Shown: positions 12,156-24,007 of the stretch, in pieces
Layout of the letters: each line of letters begins with the position of its first letter
Position numbering within the stretch: the first letter of the stretch is position 1
NCBI GenBank assembly: GCA_965153285.1
Contig: OZ229117.1
DNA length: 64,000 nt
Source: Podarcis tiliguerta
Taxonomy: Eukaryota
Reading direction: 5' to 3' (one strand)
The notes under the pieces: model-generated
The model's database searches: none
What the model was told of the DNA's origin: nothing
Seen by the model: the letters and a program-made list of their open reading frames with translations, nothing else
Made by a program: the position numbers and the translations under genes

Positions 12156-13589
12156 TGAGACACTGAAGAAAACATTATACTAGAGCCTACATAATTAAGT
12201 TGCCCAGCTTGAACTAGGATAGGACTAGATTCATCAGAGGAGTAGGTGAGCAACCTGTAGTGGAACATTCAGAGTAAGTTGCTGAACAGTGATCCAGCTT
12301 GGGGATGTGTTGTATTTTGTTCTGTTTTTTTGCTGTCAAGAACCTTGTGATGTTGTCAGTGTTTCAAAAACACCCCCCCACACACACACACAAAACCAAA
12401 ATGCGAGCAGTGCTGTGAGGAGGCCTAACAGATCCATTGCCTTGGATCAGGGATTCTATCTATGACTTTCTCTTGCCCATTTCATGTTGGTTGCATATTT
12501 CTAGCTGTGGCAGAGCTCAGTTACCTATAAAGTTTTCACCTTCCATGCTGTATTCTCCCTCCTGATAGTTGCTGCTGTTCTGTCTTTTCTTTTTATTCTT
12601 TCCTCTTTTCAATTGCAGTGTTGTAGCCTCTGTTGTCCTAGCTTCAGCCACTGTGATACCTTCACATTCTAATGATTGTCGATCAGGTTTTTTCCCCTCA
12701 TTCTTTAGGTAGTCCAAATTAATCTCTTATGTCCCATTATTTTGCCAAAAACTCCTGTTGTGCAAAATTTAACAGGTGCCAAATTGTGTTCATTGGGAAA
12801 TCTAGGACTTGCTGCTTTGCTATCTTAGTATGCAATTCAGAAGCTACAATAGATGCTTATTTGAAATGACCTAGCACCGCCATGCAAAGGTTAAGGTTCA
12901 CTGCACTTCTATAATGAGCAGCAAGTGCCTTGTCCTGAGCCTTGTAATAGTACTGGTTTCTGATCAAGACACATACTAATTATAAGTCATTTATGCATCT
13001 AGATAACACTCATTCAGTAACTCAGACAGAGGCTTTCTAATAGTGAAGTTGTAGAAATAACTCTTTTGGGGAAACTTTTAAGGATTATTTTATTTGGAAA
13101 TCAACCTGTTAGCATCATTTATACATTACATTCTAGGAGGCTTCAGTTTTTTATTCATTGCATTTTGGTATTCTTGTTTCTGTGGCAGCATTCTCTACCT
13201 ACTACCTGATGCTGCAAAGCCACCAGAAAGCCAAGCAGACCTGTTTGTGGCATTGCAGCTATTTGTTAATATTCCAGACACTAAGGTTCAGGTGAGAACA
13301 GGAATTCTGTGAAAAATAACATTGACCATCTTTCTACATCAAAAGATGGTCCCTCCCTCATGCCCCTTTATTAAACTTCTGTTCTTTCCTTATTTCTAGT
13401 GGGGAGCTGGATGTATATATTATGTTGCCAGACAAAAGAGCCTGGATGGGCTAAATACCAGGCAAGAGTCAAGCTTCTGATGTCTTTACACTAATGCAGG
13501 GCTGGCGGGTGGTTCTACAGGCAAGCCTCTGTGCTGCCAGCCAGCATAATCAATGGAGGCACTTCTGTGTGACATAGTTACTGATCTGA

Positions 13590-13796
<207 letters not shown>

Positions 13797-14412
13797 TGAA
13801 TAGTCAGCTGTTACACAGGCCCAAATGATCTCTCCCTGTGGCCACCATCAGGCTCTTCAGCTCTTTACTGTGTACTTTTTAGTTTATTCTTCCTTTCTAC
13901 TATTGAAAACTTGTGGTTGAGGATAAGTTGCAGCCTTTGCCTTCTTCCATTTACCTCCAATAATGCAAGTCTTCTACAATGTCTTTACCACCTTCCTGAT
14001 GTGTCCAGTGTCCTTATTTCTAGGTGTTTGAAGTGTAGCTACCCTGTTCGGTCCCAGAGAAACAAGAGAGACAAACTGGGTAAGGTGATAATGTATGCAA
14101 GGGTATTCCCTTATACTGAGACAGGCCAATGTCTATATCTAGCTGCTTATCACCTACCGTGAGTGACAAGGGCCTTCTACACGATCTCCTTTGCAATAAG
14201 GGAGGCAAGGAATTCAACTAAGGATCTTATACTTGTAGAGCATATTCCCTACCACTTAGCTTTAGCTCATATTTCTCTGATCAATGTGCTAGACTTTAAG
14301 CTACTTTATCACTAGCTGATAGCAAGCTGGTTTGTCAGCCTTTTGGATGATCTTCATTTCTGCTCCTTTGTCCATTATAGATGCAACTTAATGAGACTTT
14401 GTTTATGTCTAG

Positions 14413-14560
14413 GTGGTGAAACTGTTGTTACATTATGGAGGAAATCCTCACCAGCTTAACAGGAGGGGAGAGACACCATTAAAAGTAGCAAATTCCCCCA
14501 CAATGGTCAATCTGCTCCTGGGGAAAGCCACATATCCTTCCAGTGAAGAGAGCTCCACAG
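14413..14560 (+). CDS. ANKRD11: ANKRD11 exon, 148 bp
   Basis: VVKLLLHYGGNPHQLNRRGETPLKVANSPTMVNLLLGKATYPSSEESST; gtctag|..|gtaaga. Confidence 0.97.
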
Positions 14561-16179
14561 GTAAGAGGTGGGAAGTGGCAGAAGGGTGTGGTGCAAATAA
14601 CCTGTACCTCCATGCATAAGGAGACCTTCAGAGGGCTGTATTGTGCCAGGAGCACACCCTGAAACCTTTTGCTTAGTGCCTTCAGGGCCTTTAATAATGA
14701 CCTCTGCTCCCTTGCTTGCAGCAGCCCATCATTGGAAATCAAAGACTAGGCAGCTCCCTAACAAAGACTCCAGGAAATGCTCCAGGTTAATGTGGAACTG
14801 AATGCTTTGCTGTTCTACATCCTAAGGTTGGTGGAGCAGAGGCTGAATGTGATGGCATTACTTACCATCACTTTCTCGTGATCCTGAGGAAGATCAGATT
14901 TTAGTATTTTGCTATTTTGCTTTCACTAGAATTTATTTGTGAGGTTAAGCAATCAATTTGCCTCTCACCATTGCCTGTAGTAGAGTCAAGGCCTCCCAAA
15001 CATCACATGAAAAGACAGAAGCAGGCCATTTGATACTTTGCCAGACAACTTTGCAGTGTGACATATCCAGAAGTAGCACAGTTAATGCATATAATAAGTG
15101 GGGTCAGGAAGACTAAGTGTGTATCATGAATGGAGTAAGATACCCACATTTAGCATCCTCACTCAGCTGGTACCCTCTCTTCTGCCTACAACAAGCCTCA
15201 GGTATAAGATGCTCTATGATGCCTATTCGCTGCCTCCTCCCCAAGCCACATGTTCTATGCTGTAACATATGCTGCATTGTGCAGGTGGTTTTGAAGCTCA
15301 GCAGGGATGGGATTTTTAAGAAATTTGCTTGGCAAAGAGAGATGCAGAAAGGACTTGTGTCCAGCATTGCTTTGCAAGTAAAAGCTTGTAAAAGGTAGAG
15401 TTGTACTTTTTTGCGTGGGGATGAAGAGGTGAGCCTTTGAGAAAATGCAGTAAGAGGAAGTTTTTGCAGAGTGACGGGGAATCTGTGCAAAGAAGTGTGA
15501 GGTGTAAATACTTCATTCAGATCTCACCTTCACCTTGGACTTATCAAATGCCCTTACACAAATCACTGTTTATCCTAGTGTCATCCCTTCATCTGTAGCA
15601 GAAGGAAAACAGCTGGCCTTCCTTATAGGGGCATTGTAACAGTTAGTGGTGGAGTGCACACCAAATCCCCTTAAAGCACTATATAAATACTGTGTAGTAG
15701 CTTTGAGGCCTGTATGAGGGTGAAACACTTGGATGTGGTAGGGATGGGGCTGAGCATGACCAATGCTCCTGTGTTTTTTAAAAAAAGGCAGCACCTGAGA
15801 TGAGGGGAATGGATGCACCATTTGCCTGATAATAAATTGGCACTGCAGATGTCTGGCTGTGCTGCAACTTATGGAAGCAGTCCCCTTTGAAACAAATGGA
15901 TATTACACCCAGCAATCGCTCTTATTGGATTTGCACCCTTTCTGCCCAGATGCTCCAAATGGATTCCTGTCATTGACTCCCCTGCGCAGCTTTGGCCTTT
16001 TATTCCAGAGGACCCAGCAGACCACCGAGTAGGTAAAGCAGCCACAGCTATGCTTTGCACATGGAAGATAGATTGTCTGTTCAGGTATTGTGAGCAGGTT
16101 TCTGTGGAGAATGATGCTCCAGCTCCAGGTGAAAGTAGGTGTCGTACCTTACTCTTTATTTGTGCTCTTGTTTTTTCAG

Positions 16180-19100
16180 AGAGCTCAGAAGAGGAAGATG
16201 CTCCTTCGTTTGCACCATCCAGTTCCATTGATGGCAACAACACAGACTCTGAGTTTGAGAAGGGCCTGAAACACAAGGCCAAGAACCAGGAGCCTCCCAA
16301 AGCTGTCACACCCGTGAAGGATGAATATGAGTTTGATGAGGATGATGAGCAGGACAGGGTCCCACCAGTTGATGATAAACATCTTCTGAAAAAGGATTAC
16401 AGGAAAGAGACTAAAGCAAATAGTTTTATTTCTATCCCGAAGATGGAAGTAAAAACTTATACTAAAAACAGCACAATCACACCAAAGAAAGCATCCCATC
16501 GTATCCTTTCAGACACATCTGATGAAGAGGAGACCAGCCTGCCTGTGGGGACTGGGGAAAAGCTGCGGCTGACAACCCATTCTATCCTCCCCAGCAGCAA
16601 GGCTCGAGAACCTTCTAATGCCAAACAGCAGAAAGAGAAAAGCAAAGTGAAGAAGAAGCGCAAGAAGGAAGCAAAGGGCAAAGAGGTTCGGTTTGGCAAA
16701 AAAAATGACAAGTTTTGTTCCTCTGAATCAGAGAGTGAAAACCTGGAGAGTGAGGAGGATGACAGAGACTCTGTACAAAGTGCTACCTGTGTAAAGGACT
16801 CCAGATTGGTGTTAAAGGAGTCATCCTTGTTTAATTCCCTTTCTGCTTCTTCTGCCTCTTCCCATGGGAGTTTGGGGTCTCAGAAGCATAATGCTACCCT
16901 TGCAGAACAGCACTCCAAGCACTGGAGGACAGACAACTGGAAAACAGTCTCTTCTCCAGCCTGGTCAGATGTCAGTTCTTTATCGGATTCAACAAGGACG
17001 AGGCTGACCAGTGAGTCTGATTACACGTCTGAGGACTCAAGCCTGGAATCATTGAAGCCTGTGAGGAAGAAGCAGGAGCCCAAGAAGCGTGCCCAACATG
17101 GAGCTGCTGTGATTGTGGAGAAGAAAAATTCATTCCATGCCAGTGTTGATGGAGCTATTCCAAAGCGAGACAAAGAGGGGAAAGTTGTAAAAAAGCATAA
17201 AACAAAACACAAACACAAAAACAAAGAGAGAGGCCAGTGTCCTGCCACCCAAGACATTAAAATAATCAAAGCCTTTTCTTTTGACTATGAGGACTCTAAG
17301 CAGAAGACCGATAAGGCTTTGATTGTGGAGACTGAATGCCCTGTTGAGAACAAGCTCAAAGTGCTTAAGCATGAGAGGGAGCACTTCAAGAAGGAAGACA
17401 AATTTCAGAAAACTAAATCTGAGGAGAAGGAGTGGCTGTTTAAAGACGATGCTGGAAAAACCTCCAAAGAGGAGAAATCCTTGAAAAAAGCCAAGGAGGC
17501 AAGTAAAGATCTCAGTAAAACTTTCAGAGAAGAAAAGAGCAGCAGATTGGAAAAAGAGAAGCCCATAAAGGAGAAATCTCCTAAAGAGGAAAAACCTCGA
17601 ATACATAAGGAAGAGCGAAAGAAAAAATCTAAGGACAAGCAGTTCAAGACTGATAAGAAAAATGAACTGAAGGAGGAAAAACCAGCAAAACCAGAGAAGG
17701 AGAAAGCCCTGAAAGAGGAGAAAGAGAGATGTAAAAAAGACAAAGGTTACAGGGAGGAGCCCAACTTTGAAGAGTTTAGTAATAAAAACCAGTTTTTAGA
17801 AAGCGAGGACACAAAGTTCAGCCTCTCTGATGATCAGCAAGATCGGTGGTTTTCAGATTTGTCATCGGATTCTTCTTTTGATTTCAAAGGAGAGGATAGC
17901 TGGGATTCACCAGTGGCAGACTACAGGGAAATTCAAAATGACACTGTGACAAAACTCATCATAGAAACGGTGAAGGAGGAGATAAAAGACAAGAAGCGGG
18001 ATAGTAAAGCAAAAGATAAGAGGGAGTACAGCGAGAAACGTAATGAAAAAGACACTTTTCTAAAAAAGAAAGAGAGGGAATATGTTGAGCGGAACTCTGA
18101 GAAGAAAAAGGACCAAGTTGAAAAGCATAAAAGTATTTCTAGTTATCTGCCTGAAAAGAAAAGAAAGGATTCTGCTGAAAGCTTTAAAGAGAGAAAGGAA
18201 AAGGAGGCTAGTGAAATTAACAGAGAGAGAAGAGATTTGCCTGATAGCTCTAAAGATAGAAAAGAAGTTAAAATTAAACAAGAAGAATCCTACAGAGATG
18301 AATTTAAAGACTATGGCTGTGAAACATTCTTCAAAGAAAAATCTGAACCCGAATTTAGTGGGAAAAATGTGGAGAACTGGGATAGGCATCATTCAGGAAA
18401 AGAGAAGAAAGATATGCCAGAGAAGGACAAGAAAGAGAAATTAAAAACAGAAAAGTACAAGGAGAAATTCAAAGTAGAGGACAAAGAGAGAAATGAGAAA
18501 GCTTTGCCGGAAAAAAACCAGAAGGACAAAGAATTAGATAAAGGTTTTAAAGAGAAGAAAGAAACAAAGGAGAAATATAAAGATCCCCACAATAAAGATA
18601 AAGAGAGAAAGGGTTCACTAGACCAAGTTAAAGAGAAGAAAGAGAAGAACTTTTCTGGAGATAGAGAGGATTTCCACGAGAGGAGGGATGAGAAAAAAGG
18701 CCGGGAGAGGACATGGTATAACATCTTAGATATCTTCACAGATGAAAGTGAAGATGAGAAGGATGATTACAGCCTAAGTGGGTTCAAACTTGGAGAGGGC
18801 CTTGGGAGCGAAATGCATCGTATGGATAGCATGCAAGACAAAGACGATAGCATGGTAGCTGAGAGAGACCTTTATGTCCCTGACAAGCACAGGAAATACT
18901 CCTCTGATCGGCAGCATTCCACTGAGAAACAGAAAGACAAAGAGTCAAAAGAGAAGAAGAAGGACAAAGGGTTACCAGAGGGTGGAAAGGAGAAAAAAGA
19001 GAAAAGCTCCTTTGAAAAACACAAAGAGAAGAAGGACAAAGACTCAGTAGAGAAATATAAAGACAGGAAGGAGAGAAGCTCAGTGGACTCAGCCCAAGAA

Positions 19101-22100
19101 AGGAAGGCAAAGCAGAAATTCCCTGAAAAGGTGGAAAAGAAACATGCTGGGGAAGAGAAGGTTAAAAACAGGCACAAGGAAAAGCTAGATAAAGAGTATA
19201 CTAAGGAGAAACGGTCTTCGAAAAGCGGAGAAGCAGAAAAGAGCTTGCTGGAGAAACTGGAGGAAGAAGCCCTCAATGAATACAGAGATGACTCCAATGA
19301 TAAAATCAGTGAGATTTCTTCTGATAGCTTCACAGACAGAGGGCAAGACCCCGTACTCACCAATATCTTTGAGTCTTCCAACCTTTCACTTGCAGATGCC
19401 AATGAAGAGAAATTTAAGGAGTCTCTGCCTTTGCCTTGCCTTCCAGATAAACTCAAGGAGAAAGAGAGGCACAGGCATTCTTCATCCTCGTCAAAAAAAA
19501 GCCATGAAAAGGAAAAAGCAAAGAAAGAGAAAGCTGAAAAGAAAGATAAAACAGATGAGTTTAAAGACTCCAGCAACAGGAAAGATTCTACTCAGTATGA
19601 GAAGGACTTTGCCATGGATGGAGAAGGCATTAGTATTTCTTATGGAACAAAAACAGAGGCTGAAGAAGAACTGGACAAAAACATGGAGTATTTGTTTCCT
19701 GAAAAAAAGGAAAAGAATGATGCTGAAAGAGAACTTCCAAAGAAGGCAGAGAAAGACAAAGCGTACAGCTCCAGCACAGTCAGCACAACCAAAGAGAAGA
19801 AGAAGAGGGACAGGCATAAAGAAAAGTGGAAAGAGGAGAGAGAGAAGCACAGAGACAAACACACTGATGGTTTCTTTAGGCACCACAAGGAGGAGCAGAA
19901 GTCTGCCAAAGACAAGGATAGCTCTCAAGTGATCACTGTTAAAGACAAATCAAAAGAAGAAACACCCAAATTTAATGACCTCAAAGTAAAGGAACGACTC
20001 AAGGAAAATCAAGAAAAGGACAAATCAGAGTGTCTCAAAATGAGCAACGGGAATGATAAAATAACCTTACCCAAAGAAGGCACCAAGAAGGACATCAGAC
20101 CCAGGGAAAAGCTTTTGGGAGATGGTGACCTAATGATGACCAGCTTTGAGAGGATGTTGAGCCAAAAAGATCTTGAGATTGAAGAGCGCCACAAGAGACA
20201 CAAAGAGAGAATGAAACAAATGGAGAAGATGAGGCATAGATCTGGAGACCCCAAATTAAAAGACAAAGTCAAGGCCAATGAGGATATGCGCAAAAGGAGT
20301 CTGGATTTGACTACAAAGAAACCACTAGCGCCTGACACTCAGTTAAAGGACAAGAAACTCAAAGATCTAGGCCCACTGGCTCCAGTTGTATCCCCAGATA
20401 ACAAGAACCAACCTGTTGTTGGGGTGGATTCCAAGGATTGGATAGCCGGCCCCCAAATGAAGGAAATCCTACCTGCGTCTCCAAGGCCAGATCAGAACCG
20501 GCCAACGGGGGTTCCAACACCAGCATCTGTTGTTTCTTGCCCAAGCTATGAAGAGGTGATGCAGACACCAAGGACTCCATCTTGCAGCAATGAAGATTAC
20601 ACAGATCTGATGTTTGACTGTGCTGACTCTCAGCATTCATTGCCCATATCCACCATGTCCATGAACGCTTGTTCTCCATCTTTCTTTGACAGATATTCCA
20701 ACTCTTCAAGTGGATTCCCGGAGAACCCAAGTCAGACCCCAACAAGGACTATCCCCTCCACAAATCTTCACCGTTCAATGTCTGTAGATATCAGAAGAGC
20801 AGCAGAGGAAGAGTTCAGTGTTGGGGACAAATTTTTCAGGCAGCAAAGTGTCCCAGCCACTTCTAATTATGATTCTCCAGTTCAGCACTTGATGGAGGAG
20901 AAAGTATCTCTCCCCTCCATTCCCATAGAAAAGTTCCCATGTTTGTCCCCAGAATATTATTCACCAGACTATGGAGTCCCATCCCCTAAAGCAGAGGCAT
21001 TGCATTGTGCACCAGGAACTGTGGGCAATGTTGTTCAGTCCCCTGAAAGTGTATTTTCTGGATTGCAAGCCAAATCTTCCCCTTCTCATAGAGATGAACT
21101 GCTTGCCCCTTCTGTTGAAAGTGCTCTCCCTCCAGATCTTGGCCTGCCTTTGGATGCCACAGAAGAGCAACAAGCAACTGCTTCCATTATGCCCCCAGAG
21201 TCCAGCTTTTTACCACCAATTGAAGACAATGAGTTTGGCTCTAGCATTCCGGAACAGAATAGTACTGAGTGGGAGACCACTTCAACAAGAAATCTGGATC
21301 CTCCTGTGCCTCAGAGTTTGATTGGCAATCCTTCTGATCATGCTGTCAGCTGGACAGTGGGATCAGAGCTGCTCATTAAATCTCCCCAACAGGGTCCTGA
21401 TTCCCCAAAGCCTTTCTGTTCTCCAGACATCACGCATCCCACACCTGTGCCCTTCATTTCTGCAGATTCCCTACATCCCACTTCCCCCGTTTCATACTCT
21501 CTCTCGGTGACTGAATCAAGGCTTGATACAGCAAAGGAAGATGCTGAAGAAGCAGTTCCAACAGAAATGGTGACTGCAGAACAGCAGGCTTCATATGCAG
21601 ATTCCCCTGCTAGATTAGACACTTTCTTTATTAGTGGTAGTAAGCCTGTTCCAGAGGAAGCATCTGACACACCTTTGCAGCCAGCTAGCATGCCAGCAGA
21701 ATCGAAAGTGGAGGCTGTTAATGCTCTGGAAAACTTGGAAGAGAGCACCATTGCCCCTGTAAATCCTGAGGAACAAGCTGCATGGCCTGATCCATTTCCA
21801 AATTCAGAGGATGACTTAGACCTGGGTCCTTTCTCTTTACCAGGATTGCCACTTCAATCAAAAGATGTCCCAGAGGAAGAATTGGCAGAGTCAGCTGAAA
21901 ACACTCATGCGGCAGATCAGGAAACCACCAGTGCAGACTTTGTGGATGTTGGGGTGTCTTTGGGGGCTACAAACAAGCAGGATGATCTAACTCTTAACCA
22001 AAAGAGCATCCTTCCTGAGGAGCCAGATCTACAAGCTGATGAGCAAAAGGCCAATGAGATTTCACTAGAAGTTGTGTCAGAAGCATCAAGTGCCCCAGAA

Positions 22101-22964
22101 CAGAAAAATATAGAAGAAGCGGAGGCTCCCCAGAATATTCAGGAGGTGACACCAGCAGATCTTGCTCAGTCAGAGACCAAGGAGGAGGAAACCAATTGTG
22201 AAGAACTCTCCTCAGCTACTCTTGCATCAGACAGTGGTTCTCAAGTTAGTTTGAGCCAAGCAATCAAAACTGAGAGCACTGATGTTCAAGACGTAGTGGT
22301 ACCCGGAAGCAACAGCCAGATCCCTTCCTCTCAGACAGAGGTGCTGCAAGGGAGTACCCAGTTAGAATCTACAGAGCCACCACCCAAACCAGTCCCTGAA
22401 ACCCCAAAGCCCCCCAAAATCGAAGAGATCCCACAACGGATCACCAGAAACCGAGCCCAGATGCTTGCCAATCAAAACAAACAGAATGCTGCTGCTGCTG
22501 CTACTACTGCTACTGCTACTGCTACTACTACTACTACAACAACTACTACTACTACTTCTGAAAAAGAGTTCCCCCCTGCTTCTGCCCCTTCAACACGAGC
22601 AAAAGGGCGTGTCTCAGAGGAAGAAGATGCCCAGGCACAACATCCGCGGAAGCGCAGGTTCCAGCGCTCCAATCAGCAGCTGCAGCAGCAAATCAACACC
22701 TCCACCCAGCAAACACGAGAAATGATCCAGCAGACACTGGCTGCAATTGTTGATGCCATCAAGTTGGAAGACATTGAACCTTACCACAGCGACAGGTCCA
22801 ATCCCTATTTTGAGTACCTACAGATCAGGAAGAAAATTGAGGAGAAGCGGAAAATTCTCTGCTACATCACTCCCCAGGCACCCCAGTGTTATGCTGAGTA
22901 TGTCACCTACACAGGCTCATACCTGCTGGATGGCAAACCTTTGAGCAAGCTGCACATTCCAGTG
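16180..22964 (+). CDS. ANKRD11: ANKRD11 giant exon, 6785 bp (Lys/Glu-rich region, Ser/Pro-rich region, start of C-terminal domain)
   Basis: ttttttcag|AGAGC..CCAGTG|gtgagt; uninterrupted frame ESSEEEDAPSFAPSSS..LLDGKPLSKLHIPV; phases fit the flanking exons. Confidence 0.97.
22488..22556 (+). repeat. Coding (GCT/ACT)n trinucleotide repeat encoding a 23-residue Ala/Thr tract
   Basis: GCTGCTGCTGCTGCTACTACTGCTACT..ACTACT = AAAAATTATATATTTTTTTTTTT. Confidence 0.95.
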
Positions 22965-23362
22965 GTGAGTAACCTTACACCGCTTGCTGTCTTTATAAAC
23001 CATGCTAGCATGGAAAAATCCAATCCCACCAGCAATATCTACCCTTCCTGCATCACAAGTGCATGCTGTAGCCCTGGGGAAGGTATACCTGAACTCTGTT
23101 ACCTTGGCAGAGGCCCCCAAATCAGTGCTAGTGCACTCGGATCTGCTGCCACTTCATATGAGGAAGGAGCCACCATCACACATCCCTGGGCATTGGTGGA
23201 CCAGCTGATGTTTGTGGTGTGTGCAGACCAATGGATGTGAATTAAAATTCACTAAATCCCAAATCAGGCATTCTAGGCATTGAAAGCAGATCTGCAATTA
23301 AGCACAGACATATGCAAGTTCTGCATGTCTTTGTTTGAGTATATAGGAAGGAAAAACTCAGA

Positions 23363-23490
23363 AAGCTCAGCAGTGGAGCACCTGCTTTGTGTGTACAAGA
23401 TTCCAGGTTCAGGTAGCACTGGGAAAGGCCCCTGCCTGAAAACCTGGAAAGCAGCTGCCTTGTTTGTGTAAACAAGGCGTGAGTTAGCAG
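23363..23490 (+). mobile_element. Degenerate tRNA-derived SINE
   Basis: AGCTCAGCAGTGGAGCACCTGCTTTG..CCAGGTTCA..CTGGGAAAGGCCCCTGCCTGAAAACCTGGAAAGCAGCTGCC; same family as 40718-40906. Confidence 0.6.
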
Positions 23491-23835
23491 CTGTGAAGAA
23501 GCCCTTTACCTGTCCAGTTGCAAGACAACAACCCTGCAGTGATGCTAGTAGGTTTTACACTACCCTCCCACTTACTTTTGCAGCCCAGATAGGAGGAGAC
23601 CTGGGATAGGCCAGGGCACCCAGCACTCCTTGGTCCAGTCTACACACACAAATTGCTGGGGAAAGCAGGGCTTTTGTAGTCCAAGATCAAATCTGCTTAC
23701 TCATTTCTCTAACAATAAAACAATGAACAGGGTGGTGATGCAATGACTACTGCAATTGACACAAGATAATATCACCAAGGCAACTATCCGTAAACAAACA
23801 ACAAACATCCATAAAAATAGCAAAAGTAGTTTCTT

Positions 23836-24007
23836 TCCTAAATAGGTTTTATCTTAAATAATTGCAAGCACAGTAAATAAAGAGTTCACTTGTAATATAT
23901 CAGTGGTTCAGTGCTCATTTCTTCTTGTTCCAAAATAGATGTTATCTTGAACCATTGCAAACCCGGTAATAAAGAGTCCACTTTTGATATACCTGTGGTT
24001 CAGTGCT
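23836..24007. repeat. Imperfect two-copy tandem duplication, period about 91 bp
   Basis: TCC(T/A)AAATAG..TTATCTT..ATTGCAA..AATAAAGAGT(T/C)CACTT..ATATA..GTGGTTCAGTGCT occurs at ~23836-23916 and ~23928-24007. Confidence 0.8.

Noticed and set aside
16185-22725. Many antisense and alternate-frame ORFs (Phe/Ser/Leu-rich, up to 234 aa) in the giant exon
   Set aside because: Shadow ORFs expected from the purine-rich Lys/Glu codon bias; no recognisable domains.
16050-23240. 2396-aa ORF as a stand-alone intronless gene
   Set aside because: It is the ANKRD11 giant exon (16180-22964) plus intronic read-through; splice sites and phases link it to the flanking exons.
23836-24007. CRISPR-like repeat array
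   Set aside because: Only two diverged ~91-bp copies with no spacers, in a vertebrate intron with no cas genes.
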